A stretch of 64,000 bases of DNA, from the IMG/VR virus record IMGVR_UViG_3300009130_000019; one strand, given 5' to 3'. Positions 59,401-64,000 of the stretch are shown piece by piece. The notes beneath the pieces are model-generated. The model saw only the letters and a program-made list of their open reading frames with translations, searched no databases and had not been told where the DNA came from. Origin of the DNA: an uncultured virus (IMG/VR IMGVR_UViG_3300009130_000019). Lineage: Duplodnaviria; Heunggongvirae; Uroviricota; Caudoviricetes. The position numbers and the translations under genes are program-made. Position 1 is the stretch's first letter. Each line of letters starts with the position of its first letter.

Positions 59401-62400
59401 TATGTTGGAGAAAGTAAAGATGGATATATATTTGATTATGATAATAATTATGATGAATATATAGACAAGTCAATTACAGATAAGATTGAAAGACTTGCTT
59501 TAGATCCAGAAAATCAAGGTAGAGATTTTGAAGAAATAATGTCAGAGGAATTTACTGACAATTTAGAAAATATATTTGATCCATTAAATCCCAAAACAAA
59601 AATATCTGTACCTGCTTTTGTAAGAGAAAAATTAGAAGCTGAATTTGAAAAGTTTAAATCTATACTTCAAGATGAAAATATTAATTATTTAAATCCAGAA
59701 TCTGAACTATATAATATCATTAATGGAACTCTTGTTGATCAAGAAAGATTAGATTCTTCAAATATAGAATATAATAAATTAGTTAATCAAAATGCAGAAA
59801 AAAGCAGAAAGGTATTAAATCTTAAAAACAATTTATCTAATATTAGAAATTCTAATATTACTATTGATCATAATCTTAAACAAATATTTTTTAATCATTA
59901 CTTTAATAATTTTGCATTAAATCAATTGTTATTGGGTGATCATGCTAAACTATTTGATAGTTATCAAAAAGAAATAAAAAGGGGTAAGGCTGGAGAATCT
60001 GCAGGGGCAAGTGCTTATTCAGAATTATTTGATAGCAAACTTGGAGTACATGAGCCAGTAAAAGAGTTTGACATGTTGGTTTTTAATGAGCCAAAAAATG
60101 AATCTTCATTAACAGGGGAAAAGCTAGATGAAGCTGATGGTCAGCTGTATATGACTGTTAAAGCATTTAGATATTTTTGGTTTGGCATAGCAAAACTTTC
60201 ACCTAATCAAGCGGCATTACTTGACAAAATAGAAAAAGGGGAAAAACTAACTGCAGAAGAAATATGGGGAACTTTAAAAGGCGGTTATAGATCTGGGGGT
60301 GCTGTTAAGAATGGTGAAATGCTCAACCCTAAAAAACTTGTGTATAATGATGCAGAAGTAATGGTAAAGATGTCTGCTTATGTTTTAAGAAAAGAAGATA
60401 CATCTGAAAAATTTAATAATACCTGGGTAGCAAAGCCACATAAATTATTGCTACATAATCTTAGGGAGAAATTAGAAAAGCATGAAAAAGAACATGGTGC
60501 ACCAACTGTTGCTGCTCCATTATCTGCAGTTAAAAAAATGCAGGCTAGTGTAAATGGGTTGCTCAGGATGATATCTAATGATCAACAAGATAGTGATTTA
60601 GGTGTAATGAAGTTAGATGCAAAATACTTTCTTCAACAACAAGTTAACCCTTCTAATAAAACTATTATTACAGACCCTACGCAGATTACATTCTTATTAG
60701 AAAATGAGCAAGATGATAATCATGTAGTATTAATAAATGGGGAGGAATTTAAAATATCAGAAATTAAAGAATCTTTTGAGAAAAACAAGAGTGATATTTT
60801 AAAGTTTAATTATGCTAATAAAAAAGCATTAATGTTTGATGAAGCTATTGGCGAGTTTAAGAAGTTTAAAAAGACAAGTGAAATGACACCTAATCTTTTA
60901 AGCTTTTTAAGATACGCAGAAGAGTCATTGAAGTCTTCTAATTCATCAAGTGAAATTCTTCAATATTTTAATCTTAGTGAAGATGCTTATAGAACAGGCT
61001 TATTAAACAATCCTATAAGTATAAAAAAATACGAAGAGTTATTACTATCATATTTTAGCAAGTCTATTTTAAAACAAAAAATTCCTGGCTCTCAATATAC
61101 AATGAGATCTGATTTTGGAGATAGAGTATACAGAAGGGTGTATTCTTATAGAGAAATAGAATTAAATGGCAAGGCTTATTATATACCAGATAAACAAGAA
61201 GTAATTAGAGAAGAAGTAGCATTAAAAGAAATACGTAATTCTTATCAGTTACATATTGATCTTGACCCTGGCACAAACACAATATCAGATAATGCGGGAA
61301 GTGATAGAAATTTAAAAGGTCTTAAAAGTCTGATTGATAAAGACACAAAAAATGAAGGTGTTATTATTATTGACCGTCTAAGGTATGATATGACTGAATA
61401 TACTTATGAAAACATTAATGATCTTGATAGTTGGACACCAACAGGTGAAAAATATACTGAGGCTATTACTGCAATTATAGACCCGGAAGTGTATGAGAAA
61501 TTACAGATTGTTAAGAAAACATCTATGCAACTTGAGCAAGGTTTTAAACAGTGGATAAGTTTAAAGAATTATCCTACTAAAGGAGGGTTGCTTATAGCTA
61601 GAAAAGATAAGAAAAAATACAATGAAGAAAAAGAAAGAATAAACTATGCTAAACAAGAAAATGCTTGGTATGACAAAAAAAATAAAATGTTTGTACCAAA
61701 AGGATTTGAGAAAATACCTGATGTTTTAGCTAAGTTATTTGCCCTTAGAATACCTACCCAAGACAAGCATTCGGCTCTGGCTGTAAAAATTGTTGATTTT
61801 ATGTCAGCAACTAATGGGTCAACTATTACTACAGCAAGAGAAATTGTTGAAGTGTCTGGAGCTGACTTTGATATTGATAAATTGTTTGCTCAATTTAAAG
61901 AGTTTGTATATGACAAAGAAACTAAAAACTTTGTTGAAGTTGGTATAAGGCCGGGAGAAGAGTTTTATGATTACATAAAAGTTATAAATAAAAAAGTAAA
62001 TACTCCAGGTACAATATTTTTTGAAGCTTATGAAAAATACAAACTAGGCAATGGCTTTCCATCTACTATATCTTATACTGACAAACAAATAAAAATAGCT
62101 AAAAAAATTGGTTTTAATGAAAAAGCTTTTAAGGCTTTAGTAATGTTGGATTTGCCAACAACATTAGAAGACTTTAACCAATATTATATTGATAATGAAA
62201 AAACATATCCATTTGATTCTATTAATCAAAATAAAGTTTTAGATGCAAAATATGCCCTTGTTGGCAATACTGCTATTACTAGTAAGTCTAAGTTGTACTT
62301 AGCACCTGATGGAACACTTAGCCGTACAAAAGAAGATGATTCCTATAAAGAAATAGAAGTAGAGCTGCCAGCTGTAGCTTATCAACCTGCAACTATGGAT

Positions 62401-64000
62401 GCTTTAAAAGAATCACTTGAAGATTTTAAAAGAAAGTTTCCTGATTGGGCAAAAACTGTAATAGATGATATTTTTGACAATGATACATTAACTGGCCTAA
62501 TGTTAGCATATAGGAACAATCAAGTTGGTTCAAGGCTTATTGGTGCCTCGGTACTACCAAATACATATTTGCCAAAGCTTGGTACGCTTGGTATATCAAT
62601 CAATGAAAATTTTGCATTAGATATAAATGGTATAACTTTTAATAAGTTTGGTTCTATACTTGAAATGAAATCAGATGGAGCATTTGGTAGAAGATCACAA
62701 GATAATATGTCTGCTCTTATTACAGCAATGACAGATAACGCAACAGAACAATATGCTGGTAAATTTAATATAAATATAAATTCATTAGGTATATTATCTA
62801 ATATGGTTATGCTTGGGGTTCCTTTGCAAACAGGTCTTATGATGATTATTAATCCAGAAATACTTAATCTCTATAAGATAAGTACAGGAGGTAGGCAGTT
62901 CAAAGAAAATCTAAGTGGTTTAATGCAAAGGATAAATAACTATTTTGAAGAAAATACTATAACTACAGTAAGTAATATTTCTAATTCACAATTAGAATAT
63001 CTTGTTAATTCTGATATGAATGCTGAAGATATACTAGATGATATAGATAACATAAATGAAAATAAAATTGAATATCTTAAAAACTTATATTCTCTTTTAC
63101 AAAATTATCAAAAAGGTAATAATTTGGCAGATTATAACTATAGTTTAGGAACTTTATTTTCTTTGCAAAAAGGTGTTAGTGACGTTGATTCCATGACTAA
63201 AATAGATGAAGCAATTGATAATTTAGGACTAGAAAAAGATTCAAAAAAACTTGATCCAAAAGAACATCCTTTTGATGCCAAAAAATTATTTGTAGATAAA
63301 TCTATGCCATTAAATAAAATTGTTAGAACTTACTATGATATATATAAAGATATTAAAAATGATATTTTGCCCAATGTAGTGATGACTCAAACAAAAATGT
63401 TTAAAGATTTATTCCAGTCAATAATTTCTAAAGATGTTATAGGTTTTATAACTAGAGATGGAAAGAAGAAACTAAAATATGATCTTGCTGCTTATGCTCA
63501 AATAAAAGCATATATGCAATATGTTTTTGAAAATAAACAAGGGACAAGCTATTCTAACCTAACAAATAATTTAATATATCCCTTTGATCAATATGGTGAT
63601 TCAAATGCAGATTCTATAACAACTATATATGATGAGATTGTTGATAAGAATCCAGATTTAGAAAATAACTTTTTTGTATATCAGTTTGTAAGGCCGATTA
63701 TAGCAGATCCTAATATAAATACATATGACATTCATATGCTGGCCAATAATATGATGAGCAAAATACCCGATCATAAAAAAAGAGATGTTATTGATGATTT
63801 TGTTAAATTATATAAAAACAACAAAACAAAATCTTTGGCTGTTCAAATATTTAATTATTTATTAGTTAAAGATGGATTACAATATAGTAGAGATTCTATT
63901 ATGCAAGCTTTGGCACCTATAGTAATGCAAGACTTTACAGAGGTTGTTGGAGAGACATTTGAAAGATTTAAGGATGGACCTGTTGATATTGATGGGATGT
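50434..64000 (+). CDS. Giant virion-associated DNA-dependent RNA polymerase polyprotein (>4,500 aa, 3'-truncated by window) with zincin domain
   Basis: Starts MGDNLNMPDNLEF; no + ORF is listed after 50444, consistent with an unclosed frame; in-frame HEAFH (56713), EEYMADEF (56911), ADGQ (60133), RIPTQDKHS (61747), SGADFDIDK (DFDID at 61864-61878). Confidence 0.92.
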   Translation, partial: MGDNLNMPDNLEFTQQDIDTTLGQDLPTTPTDLDYDIMFKEFSDAANSISYHSDYEPLNSNYSGPVGFNYNPYEQNVNLSNSEINILKNMNQINDKVLKNPKPLHPIYTNKRITNFERYYSHDKFGELGWHPYRDNEKIYNENSTVWDDYGRMLGQMPKLLYTGFVSAYRSIGDLFDDDPYLFGGKDLDSAREFSDAMRIGNSTRGGVGEFMNNLVLQFGYTGGIILNIAAEEFILSGLTRGGSIFTAPARVLQKTATSAARATRIKEGIELLGSTVSKLKNIENSKGFYQALRTGDSKLMKFLLPETMGARRLITSTNGMKNLSDFGKTMKTYGGFYRDLRSLNYAISEAKMEGGMVYDERMVNGLASRSEDSTLEYLPDEDLELIRNGANESAYYTTLLNAPFIYFTNQFILGNALGSSNRSLAKLIADNSDSVAKKLIRQSPLKKTFLGKPILDDAGKVLVKQSGAKGVKGFTAKGLAIGTAGVALRYFSQNFGEGVQEVYQEAVSHGVGHYYDAIIKDPTLNTRNLFAASLSEGMSSQFSEQGFKTFLSGFMMGGIAGPVQSFLFNHIPNAKNYLFNREEFLAKKKEFKQYIDKLENQYNSSYTKFKEDPDKFLDLKVVNTIMQRQVSQAMNETVVDNDNYEKINQRDISKFQNLYTLANNGSLDMFRDQLNDYLKLSDEDIATAFPSLKSEVKTGKIKERLNSYIEQIDKVEELYNKNKNKNINPFDPSQYDPLKEPGLFQEESFRYKTFEHIRYLAMFTENSMIRAGERMISLYKSLEVDPVFKNMAANDLVLLTQDRLISDEINNLKAEIKLAEDTDTKYEGLNLKKRKLKNLQKIQEFLKGGRNKFGSIKLEKKEQIRKLFKKYVQDLATDKQSILNTDILDEQIDKIFDYNKLSEDEKMYNNSIIALSDPTKFDELFTATYKKRKEIYDNGVKIFRDSIYKHINNEIYRKILNDLADMGYYLDPQEVIAFHESGYKDFSLITKIYDEKGIVEDVNIEKTLKKLLDDAMLKEEQEEETEDDNKAIIDEEIKLLMEEFELDSYTIATPEQDQQITNLEKSILGQIQFNNPNENASSINKKHSDNLSMVIDSLLVVAANNSSIEAYNSLQAFEFYINGQLEENQKQFLDRIFGKYDKTEEIKKGFNSELNEINEEEEIEEVGDEDLDEEEQNKEEEEKKKLSLLNERVFPELNNIELKIRVSKKTKKFIITENNKRLSKNLQLYFGLDSIAFDTLEDARNVLQGLEKSEDVDNKVFYLKNNESLQNDQTVYDNSGRAYIVKTTLPYFILNKEIVAVDALNRRSQILTEDGFIKNFSKEKRKKDYPNKLSTVDNNVVLIPRSYNVDPNTKKRIPAVIPQETYAAVMSYLGKSYEKDEANLFEINISSLEPTDKLRPVQPNISEDAHPHMFYKGVPYSISLSLTPEGLSLINTELQNKKIEVLSSPVIAFLNTNNIVFKDTNGIEINPLEMTFDQAQMFFQKLDNNKYERLIDNFASNKALEYGIKDYFENNNVTSVKFTEEEFIKQFDISFLTAIQEFDYNSNNPIELNQVMFSKVEGQYFITRNVLDKDFNVVIDMEVPGNPELDQSLLTRIEKASEEYKFQQGYIAWSFAPNGDLIYIPLKSKVLEDEKIESIFKSIQETSNKVKENQSVDLDKFNTEKDYFISMPKGFYLNITVVEDTGNVLFTLKKKEFNGQETKTVFQDTLTFTNEQITQLSIDNLQQIFDYFNVQIKDKLDDTIAENFTLTKEQFRVNFSKDSTNEEIAGDVKTDLQARVYKRKNYKIQASTEAIEQIKNPPVNTNNNNNSNANNQNSNKSDLDKKIEEINYIREGAKLLIDSTKLANVVRQSNIQNTKEGLENIVKFLNNTFSDTYKLIEFDGNQLTLSRNGIEFKIPFSENKLGGGAIYVFDFNINDIIDAKYNAEIAALTLNNNNPEFSRDDLENQLRELEDQEQKKRNEINKLKRKLKKQTDQNKINSITQKINELEAEELQLDKKISEINKQLNEIIGKVINKSHTKYSVEDIDTFINWLKDNLPSFITVEDIDTLKDNMLRGGKRVGGFMMDIRKIAGKIKSGGVIFTKDANPGKYHEAFHAVFRLLLTNEEIRNYLQIAEKEVREKLRKEGKTLDQELELFKNIDIRFDTYSKKQLKERYLEEYMADEFDLFKSNPRSTKTNSFIKSLFNRIVEIIKNVLSYFRKSDNVAYNNLNELFMAIDSGKYKSANLMDNRFTETFSPGTSEIINTLVPYKKRSGGELVYLDSDTSDALVNQIYARVLVQQENRPGVTIDELMDESIEKFNDLYERQIEDLEENDPENKKISRYNNVLEALDNFRKDIKININERLKYINLTQENIDNAEDDSLYEIGENTSNYGLKQEMIGAEKSMPNFVRKYFASTTMEKRDMFGNTYLTEDTIDENGDIVKGEKIVSTPNVAEAYNGFLRATSDIFNHSEMLTKLVVFTESSNFESKAIIDRLLKDVGMTREQILQDGIDEGSFIALSLDNVSKKPYLLHRVLKSFENSMFTYNMSVYDKNTNQSYTYNPMTYSARTAQIERWSIGNVAAIKKPEAENFTKVKKARTIFQNKKVRTDQSLLEDSRLIAELIEDGVGISLSPLYIQYSIAKSQAHTIKQRYLRNAFDKRDPITISDLEQLSFFAFTGNAIFVKDAEKDISKIYRRLAYNNIAFDETIGTTTFLNPENERIYAHQLPTFNAKFAKDLNENYLDFLNYLVENDSILEYNHLVNQEDFIEFVENGGFKYERIGGYSIKESSEDSSSGSFINKGKSYGKLTMEEFLTILLMNYTSNITGSGRFSDSKIPASPIFTRVAETSRTGPEFQMPIYKAIEEDSSITDKAIYDFYNYIKGEFLRIQKESAENANTKLINKYNAIISDVTGELVRDENKEGTAFRLYKTSAVLNNNLVQVEKIENPATDKLVYDVISKSPKGQVTISKTSELANSLERDENFANKIKIKKEENQQEIDYKRTYLIYVGESKDGYIFDYDNNYDEYIDKSITDKIERLALDPENQGRDFEEIMSEEFTDNLENIFDPLNPKTKISVPAFVREKLEAEFEKFKSILQDENINYLNPESELYNIINGTLVDQERLDSSNIEYNKLVNQNAEKSRKVLNLKNNLSNIRNSNITIDHNLKQIFFNHYFNNFALNQLLLGDHAKLFDSYQKEIKRGKAGESAGASAYSELFDSKLGVHEPVKEFDMLVFNEPKNESSLTGEKLDEADGQLYMTVKAFRYFWFGIAKLSPNQAALLDKIEKGEKLTAEEIWGTLKGGYRSGGAVKNGEMLNPKKLVYNDAEVMVKMSAYVLRKEDTSEKFNNTWVAKPHKLLLHNLREKLEKHEKEHGAPTVAAPLSAVKKMQASVNGLLRMISNDQQDSDLGVMKLDAKYFLQQQVNPSNKTIITDPTQITFLLENEQDDNHVVLINGEEFKISEIKESFEKNKSDILKFNYANKKALMFDEAIGEFKKFKKTSEMTPNLLSFLRYAEESLKSSNSSSEILQYFNLSEDAYRTGLLNNPISIKKYEELLLSYFSKSILKQKIPGSQYTMRSDFGDRVYRRVYSYREIELNGKAYYIPDKQEVIREEVALKEIRNSYQLHIDLDPGTNTISDNAGSDRNLKGLKSLIDKDTKNEGVIIIDRLRYDMTEYTYENINDLDSWTPTGEKYTEAITAIIDPEVYEKLQIVKKTSMQLEQGFKQWISLKNYPTKGGLLIARKDKKKYNEEKERINYAKQENAWYDKKNKMFVPKGFEKIPDVLAKLFALRIPTQDKHSALAVKIVDFMSATNGSTITTAREIVEVSGADFDIDKLFAQFKEFVYDKETKNFVEVGIRPGEEFYDYIKVINKKVNTPGTIFFEAYEKYKLGNGFPSTISYTDKQIKIAKKIGFNEKAFKALVMLDLPTTLEDFNQYYIDNEKTYPFDSINQNKVLDAKYALVGNTAITSKSKLYLAPDGTLSRTKEDDSYKEIEVELPAVAYQPATMDALKESLEDFKRKFPDWAKTVIDDIFDNDTLTGLMLAYRNNQVGSRLIGASVLPNTYLPKLGTLGISINENFALDINGITFNKFGSILEMKSDGAFGRRSQDNMSALITAMTDNATEQYAGKFNININSLGILSNMVMLGVPLQTGLMMIINPEILNLYKISTGGRQFKENLSGLMQRINNYFEENTITTVSNISNSQLEYLVNSDMNAEDILDDIDNINENKIEYLKNLYSLLQNYQKGNNLADYNYSLGTLFSLQKGVSDVDSMTKIDEAIDNLGLEKDSKKLDPKEHPFDAKKLFVDKSMPLNKIVRTYYDIYKDIKNDILPNVVMTQTKMFKDLFQSIISKDVIGFITRDGKKKLKYDLAAYAQIKAYMQYVFENKQGTSYSNLTNNLIYPFDQYGDSNADSITTIYDEIVDKNPDLENNFFVYQFVRPIIADPNINTYDIHMLANNMMSKIPDHKKRDVIDDFVKLYKNNKTKSLAVQIFNYLLVKDGLQYSRDSIMQALAPIVMQDFTEVVGETFERFKDGPVDIDGM

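Noticed and set aside
6208..64000. Stop-codon reassignment (TAG or TGA), known in some crAss-like phages
   Set aside because: Genes are full-length in the standard code, and TAG (10595, 21325) and TGA (8327, 9796) serve as real stops adjoining next genes

Overview
This is a 64-kb segment of a crAss-like (Crassvirales-type) podophage genome, almost certainly infecting a Bacteroidota host. Host evidence: two exact TTTG-N20-TAnnTTTG promoters and A-rich leaders without Shine-Dalgarno sites. Positions 1-~6.1 kb hold small, mostly orphan minus-strand genes (probably early genes) separated by heavily structured non-coding DNA. At ~6.1-6.2 kb the coding strand and GC skew flip. The rest is one plus-strand late/virion block: endolysin, HTH and IHF-like proteins, PD-(D/E)xK nuclease, GroES, TerL, portal, spanin-like pair, scaffold, major capsid protein, ring/hub/fibre proteins, a Dps-like protein, a 2281-aa muzzle/tail-stabilisation protein and cargo proteins. 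It ends in a >4,500-aa ORF missing from the supplied track (50434 to window end) that fuses an ejection-type N-terminus, a zincin HExxH domain and a DFDID two-barrel virion RNA polymerase. Most unusual observations: (1) three parallel early-region cassettes, each an anticodon-less tRNA-like mini-RNA followed by a CATAGG-loop hairpin and a gene; (2) a probable -1 frameshift at A_AAA_AAG in an uncalled Cys-rich ORF; (3) a terminator-linked hairpin whose loop is antisense to the ACCAACAA leader of structural genes; (4) Q-x-G-G-delimited modular cargo proteins. Protein calls rest on motifs and synteny read by eye, not on database searches.
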